From: a virus
DNA length: 64,000 bases
Reading direction: 5' to 3' (one strand)
IMG/VR virus record: IMGVR_UViG_3300044729_002487
Location: 21,515-85,514 of that record
Shown here: positions 46,637-56,125 of the stretch, piece after piece
How positions within the stretch are numbered: position 1 is the stretch's first letter
Layout of the letters: every line of letters starts with the position of its first letter
Notes under the pieces: model-generated
What the model was told of the DNA's origin: nothing
Databases searched by the model: none
What the model saw: only the letters and a program-made list of their open reading frames with translations
Translations under genes and position numbers: made by a program

Positions 46637-47776
46637 ATGTCAAAAACAAAAAGCGATCTACGCGACGACCTAGCGGTTACATTAGCAGATAATCTTAACA
46701 AGAAATTTAAGAATACAGGATTTAAAACTGCATTTTTTCTTGATAGTGATACTGAGTCACCGAGCGAGGTACGTGGTTGGGTTGATTCGGGGTCGGATAT
46801 GCTCGACCTAGCAATTTCAAATAGACCCAATGGAGGTTTTCCGGTAGGACGTATAATCGAGATTACAGGACTAGAAGCTTCGGGTAAATCATTATTAGCT
46901 GCACATGCATTAGCCAATACACAAAAAGAAGGTGGAATGGCTGTGTATATCGATACGGAAAATGCAGTTAGTAGAGAATTTTTAGATGCGATTGGTTTAG
47001 ATCTTGAGAAAATGTTATATGTTCCATTGGATACTGTTGAAGACATATTTGAAGCTATTGAAAGTATTGTTGAGTCAGTACGTAAATCAAACAAAGATCG
47101 ATTAGTTACAATTGTAGTAGACTCTGTAATGGGAGCATCTACTAAAATTGAAATGGCCAAAGAATTTGATAAAGATGGTTATGCAACATCCAAAGCAATT
47201 ATATTGTCTAAAGGTATGCGTAAAATCACAAATATGATTGGTCGTGAAAAGATTTGTTTGATTTTTACCAATCAGCTACGAACAAGACTAGGTGTGGCAT
47301 TCGGCGATCCGTATACAACATCGGGTGGTAAAGCGATTCCATTTCATGCTTCGGTTAGGTTACGATTAAAATCAGTTGGACAGATTAAAGCTAAGATTGA
47401 TGGCGTAGATCAAGTCATCGGTATTAAAACAAGATGTCAAGTGATTAAAAACAGAATGGGGCCGCCATTGAAATCTATCGATTATGATATCTATTTTGAA
47501 TCAGGTATTGATAATTACGGTGGTTGGTTAAATGTTATGAAAGATTACAAATTGGTTGCACAAACAGGTGCGTGGTATACATTCCTACGCAAAGATGGTT
47601 CCGATGTGAAATTCCAATCAAAAGATTTTGAGCGGAAAATTAAAGAGGATGATACTTTGCGGCAAGAAATTTATGATGCCATTTGCAATGCGTATATCTT
47701 AAAATATCAACCTGGGCAGGATTTCGGAATTGATGATATCGAAATTGATGATGAATTTATTAGCGAAGAAGGATAA
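46637..47776 (+). CDS. uvsX: RecA/UvsX recombinase
   Basis: GRIIEITGLEASGKS, YIDTENA, IVVDSV, IFTNQLR, TTSGGKAIPFHASVRL. Confidence 0.95.
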   Translation: MSKTKSDLRDDLAVTLADNLNKKFKNTGFKTAFFLDSDTESPSEVRGWVDSGSDMLDLAISNRPNGGFPVGRIIEITGLEASGKSLLAAHALANTQKEGGMAVYIDTENAVSREFLDAIGLDLEKMLYVPLDTVEDIFEAIESIVESVRKSNKDRLVTIVVDSVMGASTKIEMAKEFDKDGYATSKAIILSKGMRKITNMIGREKICLIFTNQLRTRLGVAFGDPYTTSGGKAIPFHASVRLRLKSVGQIKAKIDGVDQVIGIKTRCQVIKNRMGPPLKSIDYDIYFESGIDNYGGWLNVMKDYKLVAQTGAWYTFLRKDGSDVKFQSKDFERKIKEDDTLRQEIYDAICNAYILKYQPGQDFGIDDIEIDDEFISEEG

Positions 47777-48825
47777 TGAAAGCTCGATTTTTCGATTTAC
47801 TACGAGAGGTTGAACGTGATCGTGAACAAGGTACGGGGTCAAGTAAGAACAGCCATATTCTAATAATTGACGGTCTGAATACATTCATACGGGTGTTTTC
47901 AGCCGTCCCCGCCTTGAACGATGATGGAATGCATATTGGAGGTGTAACAGGCTTTTTACGGTCTGTTGCATCTGCAATACGCCAGCATAAACCTACCAGA
48001 TGTATCATTGTATTTGATGGTAAAGGAGGTTCTGCTAGGCGCAAGAGTCTATATCCAAATTACAAAGCAAACAGAGCAGTTAAAACAAAATTTAATCGTT
48101 ATGAAGAGTTTGCTTCGTTGCAGGATGAACAGCAAAGCATGAAACAGCAATTTGGTCGTATGGTAGAGTATTTACAATGCTTACCAATTACTACAATGGC
48201 AATTGACCAGATAGAAGCTGATGATGCGATTGCATACATTGCAAATGAAATCTTTACAGAGCCTGACAATCGAGTTACGATTGTATCAACGGACAGAGAT
48301 TTTTTACAATTGGTAAATGACCGAATAACAGTATGGAGCCCCGTTAAAAAAATAATGTATACTCCTGCAGTTATGCGCGAAGAATTCGGTTTGGATTCAA
48401 AAAATTATTTGTTGTATAGAGCTCTAACCGGTGATAAGTCTGATAACATACCAGGCGTTAACGGCGTAGGATTGAAAACAATGTTGAAACAGTTTCCGCT
48501 TATAACAGAGAACAAAGAAGTCAGTGTTGAATCTTTTGTCGAATATGCAGAGACGGTTGATAAAAAATATAAAATACATGAAACAGTTGCACAGAATAAA
48601 GAACAGATCGAAATGAATTACAGATTGATGCAACTAAAAAACGTAGATATCAGTGGCAATACCAAAATGCTTATAATGAATCTTGTCAATGAAGAAATCA
48701 ATAAAATGGATGTACTAAATTTTAAACGTATGTTCATGGAAGACAAGATGTATACAGTTATTAAGGATTTGGATACATGGATATCATCTGCATTTAATCC
48801 GTTAAATGCTTACAGAAATCTTTGA
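47776..48825 (+). CDS. 5'-3' exonuclease / T4 RNase H-like flap nuclease
   Basis: LIIDGLN, VFDGKGG, YKANR, EADDAIA, STDRDFLQL, GDKSDNIPGV.GVG.KT. Confidence 0.93.
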   Translation: MKARFFDLLREVERDREQGTGSSKNSHILIIDGLNTFIRVFSAVPALNDDGMHIGGVTGFLRSVASAIRQHKPTRCIIVFDGKGGSARRKSLYPNYKANRAVKTKFNRYEEFASLQDEQQSMKQQFGRMVEYLQCLPITTMAIDQIEADDAIAYIANEIFTEPDNRVTIVSTDRDFLQLVNDRITVWSPVKKIMYTPAVMREEFGLDSKNYLLYRALTGDKSDNIPGVNGVGLKTMLKQFPLITENKEVSVESFVEYAETVDKKYKIHETVAQNKEQIEMNYRLMQLKNVDISGNTKMLIMNLVNEEINKMDVLNFKRMFMEDKMYTVIKDLDTWISSAFNPLNAYRNL

Positions 48826-48852
48826 TAATTTGAAATTTTATTTATATAATTA
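48821..48852 (+). promoter_or_regulatory. Bacteroidota-type promoter, near-leaderless, for the helicase
   Basis: TTTG-N20-TATAATTA; ATG at 48856. Confidence 0.55.
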
Positions 48853-48855
48853 AGT

Positions 48856-50211
48856 ATGACAGATAGATTAAGTTCATACGGTTACAGTTTTCAGATAAAA
48901 GTTATAACGTCTTTATTTACTGATAAACTATTTTTGCAGCAAATAGCAGACATTCTCTTACCGAGTTATTTTGAAAGTGATGCTAACAATTGGATTGTAA
49001 ATACTATACTCGAATACAATAAGCAATACAAGACAACACCTACATTGGAAGTAATGAAGGTTAAGTTAGATGATGTTGAACATGACGTTCTTAAGGAACA
49101 GATAAAAGGACATTTAAAGGATGCTTGGAAATATACAGAGGCAGATGATTTAGAATTTATTAAACAGCAGGCATTAGATTTTTGCAAGAATCAGGAAATT
49201 AAAAAAGCGATTTTAACATCAGTTGAATTGTTGAAACATGGCCGGTATGAAGATATTAAAGCGAAAATTGATAATGCCCTTAAGGCAGGTGGTGATAAAG
49301 ATATTGGTCACGATTACATGACATCTATAGACGAACGTTATACAGAGGCAGTGCGTGATACAAAGGAAACGCCGTGGGAGGTGCTTAATGAATTAACAGA
49401 TGGCGGATTAGGAAAAGGAGAGTTAGGAGTATTTGTAGCACCGGCTGGTATTGGTAAGTCTTGGGGTTTAATTAATATTGGAGCAAATGCAGTTAAGAAA
49501 GGTTTAACGGTTATACATTATACATTAGAATTAAATGAAGCATATGTTGGTTTAAGATATGACTCTGTGATTACCGGTATTGCAAATCAAAATCTAAAAC
49601 ATTATCAGTCTCAGGTAAAAGAAGAGTTAGAAAAATTAGAAGGAGAGTTGATAATTAAATACTATCCAACTAAAACTGTATCTGTATTAGGATTGAGAGG
49701 TCATATTGAAAAATGTATAATGCAAGGTAAAAAGCCAGATGTAGTGATAGTTGACTATGCAGATTTGTTGAGAGGCCATGGACAAGAGAAACGTCATGAA
49801 TTGGAAGGTATATACGAAGACCTTCGTGGTATGGCAGGTGAATATGAAATACCGGTTTGGACAGCATCTCAAGCAAATAGATCTGCATTAGAAGAAGATG
49901 TTATTGGTGCAGAGAAGATTTCTGAATCATATGGTAAAGTGATGGTAGCTGACTTTGTTATTTCATTGTCCAGGAAGGTTGCTGATAAGATGGCCGGTAC
50001 CGGTAGATGGCATGTCATTAAAAATCGATTTGGTCCAGATGGAATTACATTACCTAGTAAAATGAATACGTCAAATGGACAGATTCATATATATGCAGAT
50101 ACATCCGTACAAGGTAAGGAGACCCAAAAGCAAATGGATAAAGGAGAAGAGTTTACTCGTAAGATGTTGGCTCGAAAATTCCAAGAAATTAATAATACCG
50201 ATTTTGGTTAA
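48856..50211 (+). CDS. Replicative DnaB/gp41-type helicase
   Basis: GLGKGELGVFVAPAGIGKS, YTLEL, VIVDYADLL, WTASQANR, KNRFGPDG. Confidence 0.94.
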   Translation: MTDRLSSYGYSFQIKVITSLFTDKLFLQQIADILLPSYFESDANNWIVNTILEYNKQYKTTPTLEVMKVKLDDVEHDVLKEQIKGHLKDAWKYTEADDLEFIKQQALDFCKNQEIKKAILTSVELLKHGRYEDIKAKIDNALKAGGDKDIGHDYMTSIDERYTEAVRDTKETPWEVLNELTDGGLGKGELGVFVAPAGIGKSWGLINIGANAVKKGLTVIHYTLELNEAYVGLRYDSVITGIANQNLKHYQSQVKEELEKLEGELIIKYYPTKTVSVLGLRGHIEKCIMQGKKPDVVIVDYADLLRGHGQEKRHELEGIYEDLRGMAGEYEIPVWTASQANRSALEEDVIGAEKISESYGKVMVADFVISLSRKVADKMAGTGRWHVIKNRFGPDGITLPSKMNTSNGQIHIYADTSVQGKETQKQMDKGEEFTRKMLARKFQEINNTDFG

Positions 50212-50284
50212 AAAAGTTTAGAAAAAGTTATCAAAAGCGTCGGTGTATATGCGCATGCATTATATTTATAGTAAAATAAAAAGG

Positions 50285-50315
50285 AATTGTAACTCACCTA
50301 GGGTTACAATTTTTT
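50285..50315 (+). terminator. Terminator-like hairpin upstream of nrdJ
   Basis: AATTGTAACTC-accta-GGGTTACAATT followed by T run. Confidence 0.55.
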
Positions 50316-50345
50316 ATTTAATCAAATAGAGAAAGGAGTTTAGAA

Positions 50346-52202
50346 ATGGATGTTTCGAATAGGATATTATCAGATATCACGGTTTACATGAAGTATGCAA
50401 AATACTTACCAGAATTAAATAGAAGAGAGTCATGGGAGGAGTTAGTGACTCGTAATAAAGAAATGCATATCAAAAGATATCCTCACCTAGCTGATGAAAT
50501 CGAATCGGCATATGAATTTGTATATGACAAAAAGGTTTTGCCATCGATGCGTTCATTACAGTTTGGTGGTAAGCCAATTGAAATTTCACCTAATCGAATT
50601 TACAATTGTGCATATTTGCCAATTGATGATTGGAGAGCATTTGGCGAGACAATGTTCTTATTATTAGGAGGAACAGGCGTAGGTTATTCTGTACAGAAAC
50701 ATCATGTAGATGCATTGCCAGAAATTAGAAAACCGAATTCGGATCGTACAAGAAGATTCCTTATTGCAGATTCAATTGAAGGATGGGCAGATGCAGTTAA
50801 AGCATTAATGAAATCATATTTCTATGGAGGTTCCAAATTAAGATTTGATTTTTCAGATATTCGTCCAAAAGGAGCACGTTTGGTTACATCGGGCGGTAAA
50901 GCTCCTGGGCCTCAACCGCTCAAAGAATGTTTAGTAAAAATCGAAGGTATCTTAAATGCAAAGGCAGATGGTGAAAAATTAACACCGATTGAAACTCATG
51001 ATATTGTATGTCACATCGCTGACGCTGTATTGGCAGGCGGTATTCGTCGAGCAGCTTTGATTAGTTTATTTAGTGCTGATGACGATGAAATGATTGCATG
51101 TAAGTCTGGTCCATGGTGGGAAAAAAATCCACAACGAGGCCGAGCAAATAACTCAGCAGTGTTGATGAGACATAAGTTAACAAAAGAATTCTTTATGGAT
51201 CTTTGGAAACGCGTTGAATTGTCAGGAGCAGGTGAGCCAGGAATCTATTTATCAAATGATAAAGATTGGGGAACTAATCCATGTTGTGAGATTGCATTAC
51301 GACCTTTTCAATTCTGTAACTTATGTGAAGTAAATGTATCAAATTTAGATTCTCAAGAAGATTATAATTCAAGAGTAAAGGCAGCAGCGTTTATTGGAAC
51401 ATTGCAAGCTAGCTATACAGATTTTCATTATCTACGTCCTATATGGCAACGTACAACAGAGAAAGATGCTCTTATCGGAGTATCAATGACAGGTATTGGT
51501 TCTGGTACGGTATTAGGTTATGATATGAAAGAAGCAGCTCGTATTGTAAAAGAAGAAAATGCTCGAGTAGCTGGATTGTTAAAAATTAATAAATCGGCTC
51601 GTTGTACAACAGTTAAGCCTGCAGGCACAACATCATTAACATTAGGAACATCATCTGGTATTCATGCATGGCATAATGATTATTATATTCGTAGAGTACG
51701 TGTAGGAAAGAATGAAGCCATCTATACGTATTTGTCAATGTATCATCCAGAATTAGTTGAAGACGAATATTTCCGTCCACATGATACTGCAGTTATTTCA
51801 ATACCACAAAAAGCACCAGCTGGTTCTATTATGAGAACTGAATCACCGTTCCAATTGTTAGAACGTGTTAAACGAGTATCTCGTGAATGGATTCGCCTAG
51901 GACACCGATCTGGTAATAATACTCATAACGTGTCTGCGACAATTTCATTGCGCGATCATGAATGGGAAGCGGCTGGCCAATGGATGTGGGATAACAGAGA
52001 CCATTATAATGGATTATCAGTATTGCCATATGACGGAGGTACATATACTCAAGCACCGTTTGAAGATTGTAGTAAAGAAACATATGAACGAATGATGATT
52101 TCACTTAAAGATGTTGATTTAACTCGTGTAGTGGAATTAGATGATAATACAGATCTGTCAGGTGAATTAGCTTGTGCTGGCGGCGCATGTGAGATAAAAT
52201 AA
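50346..52202 (+). CDS. nrdJ: Class II (adenosylcobalamin-dependent) ribonucleotide reductase
   Basis: PSMRSL, YNCAY, GTGVGYSV, GGIRRAA, TNPCCEI, CNLCE, TTVKPAGT, C-terminal CAGGACEI. No beta subunit gene nearby. Confidence 0.9.
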   Translation: MDVSNRILSDITVYMKYAKYLPELNRRESWEELVTRNKEMHIKRYPHLADEIESAYEFVYDKKVLPSMRSLQFGGKPIEISPNRIYNCAYLPIDDWRAFGETMFLLLGGTGVGYSVQKHHVDALPEIRKPNSDRTRRFLIADSIEGWADAVKALMKSYFYGGSKLRFDFSDIRPKGARLVTSGGKAPGPQPLKECLVKIEGILNAKADGEKLTPIETHDIVCHIADAVLAGGIRRAALISLFSADDDEMIACKSGPWWEKNPQRGRANNSAVLMRHKLTKEFFMDLWKRVELSGAGEPGIYLSNDKDWGTNPCCEIALRPFQFCNLCEVNVSNLDSQEDYNSRVKAAAFIGTLQASYTDFHYLRPIWQRTTEKDALIGVSMTGIGSGTVLGYDMKEAARIVKEENARVAGLLKINKSARCTTVKPAGTTSLTLGTSSGIHAWHNDYYIRRVRVGKNEAIYTYLSMYHPELVEDEYFRPHDTAVISIPQKAPAGSIMRTESPFQLLERVKRVSREWIRLGHRSGNNTHNVSATISLRDHEWEAAGQWMWDNRDHYNGLSVLPYDGGTYTQAPFEDCSKETYERMMISLKDVDLTRVVELDDNTDLSGELACAGGACEIK

Positions 52203-52420
52203 TGATACAGCCAGCATCTAAAGATTGGATTCAGCAAGCGTTTGTGAGGGAGTTTGGAAACAAGCTCCTTCCAACTGACTTCTATTGGGAAGATGGAAAA
52301 CGTGTAATGACAGAATCATATCATACGCGTAGAGGTTCATGTTGCGGTAGTGGATGTAGACATTGTCCATATAATCCTAAGCATGTAAAAGGTACTACAA
52401 ACATATTTATTAGTAAATAA
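52202..52420 (+). CDS. Small Cys-rich protein (DUF5522-like)
   Basis: FYWEDG..VMTESYH..RGSCCGSGCRHCPY. Confidence 0.75.
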   Translation: MIQPASKDWIQQAFVREFGNKLLPTDFYWEDGKRVMTESYHTRRGSCCGSGCRHCPYNPKHVKGTTNIFISK

Positions 52421-52439
52421 ATAGAATAAAGGAAATACT

Positions 52440-52763
52440 ATGAATTTAAAAGAATCATACCAAAGATTGTTTAAATCTAGACCATCATCAAATGATATAT
52501 CGTTATTGGAATCATCACGTAAATCTTTAACAGAAGTTCAAGCACTTAAAGGAAAAGTTGGTGAATATGAATTTATTAACTGGGTTAACATGCATGATAC
52601 TAAAGCGGCGGATGAAATTCAAGAGATAGACACTACTATGATGGATTCGGATGCTGTAGCAAATGATTATTTTGATATACTTCAAAAATATAAAATCCCA
52701 GGAACGATTACAGACGTCAAGCTTGACCGCGACGGTTATATATCTTGGATAAAAATAAAATAA
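52440..52763 (+). CDS. Putative internal head protein
   Basis: Leader MNLKESYQRLFKSRPSSNDISLLE; late motif at 52403. Confidence 0.6.
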   Translation: MNLKESYQRLFKSRPSSNDISLLESSRKSLTEVQALKGKVGEYEFINWVNMHDTKAADEIQEIDTTMMDSDAVANDYFDILQKYKIPGTITDVKLDRDGYISWIKIK

Positions 52764-52772
52764 GGTTGACAT

Positions 52773-53702
52773 ATGATTCTTAAACTCGGCAGTAAAGGCG
52801 AACAAGTTAAATTACTTCAAGCCAAACTAGGTTTAACAGCGGATGGCGTTTTTGGACCAAAAACAGAAGCAGCGGTAAAGGCATGGCAATTGAAAAATGG
52901 ATTAGTAGCTGATGGTATTGTTGGTCCTAAAACATGGAGCGAATTAAATATAGCATCTACGGATTTATCAGAGCAACATATCGAAGAATCAGATACCATT
53001 TCATATAAACAATATCTTTTACCAAAGGATGAGTATTTAGCCGGTCCTACTAAAAAAGAATATTTGTTCTTACATCATACAGCAGGTGGACATAATCCAT
53101 ACCAAGTTGTTGATATGTGGGCAAAAGATACACGAGGACGTATTGCAACTGAGTTTGTATTAGGCGGGCCTGCATCAAATGGAAAGGATGCTAAATATGA
53201 CGGTGAATTGATTCAATGTGTACCTACCGGCGGCTATGGTTGGCATTTAGGTGATAATGGATCTATGCACATGCATAAACATTCGGTTGGTATAGAAGTT
53301 TGCAATTATGGATATGTTACCAAAGGTGGATACCGTAAAGGTAAGGCATGGATAGCAAAAGATCCAAATAAATTTTATAACTACGCCGGCGGTGAAGTAA
53401 TTGAAACTCATGTAACTACCTTACCAAAAATATTCCGCGGACATTCAACATGGCATCGATATTCAGATAAACAATTAGAAGTATTAAAGAATTGGATTCT
53501 GTTTATTGCTGATCGTGATAACATTGATGTTCGTAAAGGATTAGTCGAAGAAGTTAAATCAAAAGGCGCAGCAGGTTTTGAATTCAATGAGAATGCCTAT
53601 TATGGACGAGTTAAAGGAATGTGGACTCATACAAATACAAGAAAAGATAAAGTTGATATGTTTCCGCAACCAGAACTTATTGATATGTTATTAGGCTTGT
53701 AA
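52773..53702 (+). CDS. Endolysin: peptidoglycan-binding domain + N-acetylmuramoyl-L-alanine amidase
   Basis: LKLGSKGEQVKLLQ...ADGVFGPKTEAAVKAWQ...ADGIVGPKTW; FLHHTAG, SVGIEVCN, WTH...KVD. Confidence 0.9.
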   Translation: MILKLGSKGEQVKLLQAKLGLTADGVFGPKTEAAVKAWQLKNGLVADGIVGPKTWSELNIASTDLSEQHIEESDTISYKQYLLPKDEYLAGPTKKEYLFLHHTAGGHNPYQVVDMWAKDTRGRIATEFVLGGPASNGKDAKYDGELIQCVPTGGYGWHLGDNGSMHMHKHSVGIEVCNYGYVTKGGYRKGKAWIAKDPNKFYNYAGGEVIETHVTTLPKIFRGHSTWHRYSDKQLEVLKNWILFIADRDNIDVRKGLVEEVKSKGAAGFEFNENAYYGRVKGMWTHTNTRKDKVDMFPQPELIDMLLGL

Positions 53703-53704
53703 TC

Positions 53705-54310
53705 ATGGAAAGTATATTGTTAGGAATACTTACGACCATTCTTGGTATCGTCGGTACTTTAACAGCTGTTTGGTTAAAATATTATTTAGACAAAAGAGCC
53801 AAATCGCAAGAGTGTGTTGTACAACGTACCGTAAATGAAGATACGGAAATACTTGATAGACTTGATGAACTTAAAAGTGAAATTGGAGCTGACCGTATTT
53901 CTATATTCTCATTTCATAATGGCGGCGAATATTATTCAGGTCGTAGTATGCAAAAATTATCTTGTTCATATGAAGTTGTGCAACCTGGAATTGCTAGGCA
54001 TCAAATGAAAATGCAGAATGTACCGGTATCAGCATGTTTAACAACTATTAAACATATGATCGAAGAGAAAGAATTTTTCTGTTATGATGTGGATAGAGAT
54101 TTTCCGGAATCAGCATGTAAAAGTTATTTAATCGAATATGGTGTTAAATCTACATATCAATATGCAATATTCGATTTGAACCGTAGAGCCATTGGTATAT
54201 TACGAGCAGACTTTATAGCTGAGAAAGAAAGAATCAATTCCAAACAAGCAGATATAATGCGATTTACAGCCATTAAACTTTCCGGTTATTTGATCGGGCA
54301 AAAACATTGA
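53705..54310 (+). CDS. Holin-like protein (N-terminal TM + GAF-like domain, T4 T-like)
   Basis: Single N-terminal TM, then ADRISIFSFHNG...SCSYEV; directly after the endolysin. Confidence 0.55.
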   Translation: MESILLGILTTILGIVGTLTAVWLKYYLDKRAKSQECVVQRTVNEDTEILDRLDELKSEIGADRISIFSFHNGGEYYSGRSMQKLSCSYEVVQPGIARHQMKMQNVPVSACLTTIKHMIEEKEFFCYDVDRDFPESACKSYLIEYGVKSTYQYAIFDLNRRAIGILRADFIAEKERINSKQADIMRFTAIKLSGYLIGQKH

Positions 54311-54311
54311 T

Positions 54312-54956
54312 ATGAGTTATCTAGTAGCAAATTTACCACCTGTACAATGCTATGTACGTAAGGAGTACCTATACGATTTTCAGTCAGGTGTAGGCGAATT
54401 TGAACCTTGTTATTGGGTATCTGTAAAATCGATAAAAGGTAAAGCATTATACTTTGAATCATTGTTAACAAACTATGGAGCATTGTATGATAAGTTACCA
54501 TTATCTGCATATGTCTGGAAAACAGAATTAACGGAAAAACAATTGCCATTGGATTATATTGAGATATGGGATGCCTTTTCATATAACATTTCAGTAATTA
54601 AAAAACAAATGTTATCCGGATTGCAATGTAAAGTATACATGAAGGACCGTGCATTATATGACGGCGAGTATATGTTTACGATTGATTCATGTCATTCAGA
54701 ACCAAATGAATTAAATGTATCATTGTCAGAGACTCCCAATGAACATAAATCATTTAACATTATCAAATTAGATAACGGGCAATTTGCTGCTCAACCAAAT
54801 AACAGAGTTTTATTTTACGATCAATCATTAACACCTAATGGTGTAAACAAACCTGACTTTAAAGTATCTACACGCGAGTTCTTTTGTGAAAATGGAGCAA
54901 AATGGACGGCTGGCGATGAAGATAACTTTTTTTACGAAATTAATGAAAAAGATTAG
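54312..54956 (+). CDS. Phage hypothetical protein
   Basis: LVANLPP..CYVRKEYLYD, GALYDKLP, EHKS, NGQFAAQPNNR. Confidence 0.65.
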   Translation: MSYLVANLPPVQCYVRKEYLYDFQSGVGEFEPCYWVSVKSIKGKALYFESLLTNYGALYDKLPLSAYVWKTELTEKQLPLDYIEIWDAFSYNISVIKKQMLSGLQCKVYMKDRALYDGEYMFTIDSCHSEPNELNVSLSETPNEHKSFNIIKLDNGQFAAQPNNRVLFYDQSLTPNGVNKPDFKVSTREFFCENGAKWTAGDEDNFFYEINEKD

Positions 54957-54984
54957 GAGAATTGAAAAATAGTTATTATATTTA
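54953..54984 (+). promoter_or_regulatory. Bacteroidota-type promoter for the queD/queE cluster
   Basis: TTAG-N20-TATATTTA with the shared internal TGAAAAA. Confidence 0.6.
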
Positions 54985-55007
54985 TATAAATTTTAAAACA
55001 AAAAGTT

Positions 55008-55349
55008 ATGACCAAAGAAAGAGAGTTCAAATTCAAAGATGTTGAGTTAGCAATTAATTTTAAGAAAATTCCTTCGTATGATCAAGAGTATATTCGTACG
55101 ATGTTTTATGAAACCGCATTAGACCGATCTGTCAAGCATACCGGTATTGGTTTCAATGAATTTTATCCAGATTCAGCTAACTTTACAGTTTTTGATTCTG
55201 AACAAGCAATGCATAATGCAATGAGTGAATATGCTAATCCATATAAGTATACGGCATCACATCGTTTACATGGTAAGAAATATTTCTTAGCTTGGACATA
55301 TGATTATAATCGAGCAAATGCAGTTGAACATATAAAGGAGTTATATTAA
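55008..55349 (+). CDS. Hypothetical protein
   Basis: 113-aa ORF coupled to queD. Confidence 0.55.
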   Translation: MTKEREFKFKDVELAINFKKIPSYDQEYIRTMFYETALDRSVKHTGIGFNEFYPDSANFTVFDSEQAMHNAMSEYANPYKYTASHRLHGKKYFLAWTYDYNRANAVEHIKELY

Positions 55350-55813
55350 TGGCAAAGTTCAAGTCAACAAAATTATTTGATGGTTACTCTGCATGCTTCC
55401 GACAATGGAAAGCGGATGGTACTCATTGTAGATTTTTACATGGATATGCTGTTTCTTTCCGCGTATGGTTCGAAGGTGATTTAGATCATCGCAATTGGGT
55501 ATTTGATTTTGGTGGAATGAAACGTGCAAAAAATCAAATTAATGGAATGTCTCCTAAAGATTATTTTGCGTGGCTATTAGATCATACTACGATTGTTGCT
55601 GTTGATGATCCATACTTAAAGACATTTGAACAAATGCATGAAGATGGCATTATCCAATTGCGAATATTAGCAAACACCGGTTGCGAAAAGTTTGCAGAAC
55701 ATTTATACAATGTAATTAATATATTCTTATTACATGAAACCGAAGGTAGAGTAAAAGCAGTTAAAGTAGAAGTTTACGAACATGAAAGAAACTCAGCAAG
55801 TTATGGAGAATAA
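55349..55813 (+). CDS. queD: 6-carboxy-5,6,7,8-tetrahydropterin synthase
   Basis: HCRFLHGY, WVFDFG, LDHT, CEKFAE, VEVYEH..NSA. Confidence 0.88.
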   Translation: MAKFKSTKLFDGYSACFRQWKADGTHCRFLHGYAVSFRVWFEGDLDHRNWVFDFGGMKRAKNQINGMSPKDYFAWLLDHTTIVAVDDPYLKTFEQMHEDGIIQLRILANTGCEKFAEHLYNVINIFLLHETEGRVKAVKVEVYEHERNSASYGE

Positions 55814-55931
55814 AAAAAGAAATATAATAAATATTGATTTAAGTGGTTGTAAAAACATGAAGGAATGTGCTAAAGTAATTGATATGATCTCATCTGGTAA
55901 AATTAAAATCACAATAGGACAGACAAAATGA
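55803..55931 (+). CDS. Small hypothetical protein (42 aa, not in track)
   Basis: MENKKRNIINIDLSGCKNMKECAKVIDMISSGKIKITIGQTK; fills the gap and ATGA-couples to the ORF at 55928. Confidence 0.45.
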   Translation: MENKKRNIINIDLSGCKNMKECAKVIDMISSGKIKITIGQTK

Positions 55932-56122
55932 AACAAGAAACTAATGAGATGTCAATAACTCAACAAATTAAAATTGCTTTAGAAAACTCCAACTTAAACG
56001 TTGTTGTTACACCGATCATGTTTTCTCCGGACGCATTTACACCAGTACTGGGTGTGTTAGTAAAAAATGAGGATTCGAGTTATACTAAAAAATATACAAT
56101 AACGGTTAAAACAAATAACTAA
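55928..56122 (+). CDS. Small hypothetical protein
   Basis: 64-aa ORF within the operon. Confidence 0.5.
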   Translation: MKQETNEMSITQQIKIALENSNLNVVVTPIMFSPDAFTPVLGVLVKNEDSSYTKKYTITVKTNN

Positions 56123-56125
56123 ACC

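Larger units (their letters stand above)
782..52410 (+). promoter_or_regulatory. Recurrent putative late-promoter motif ATATTTAT(A/T) (dispersed)
   Basis: Copies at or just upstream of gene boundaries at 782, 3675, 8663, 10592, 18156, 19093, 20493, 23341, 25870, 28474, 28799, 30595, 31190, 32040, 33158, 43121, 44885, 50262 and 52403, mostly without an obvious TTTG -33 box. Confidence 0.65.

Noticed and set aside
45741-50229. Imperfect inverted similarity between AACTTTTTTCAAACTTTTTT (before SSB) and AAAAAGTTTAGAAAAAGTT (after helicase)
   Set aside because: Low-complexity A/T tracts in an AT-rich genome; likely chance.
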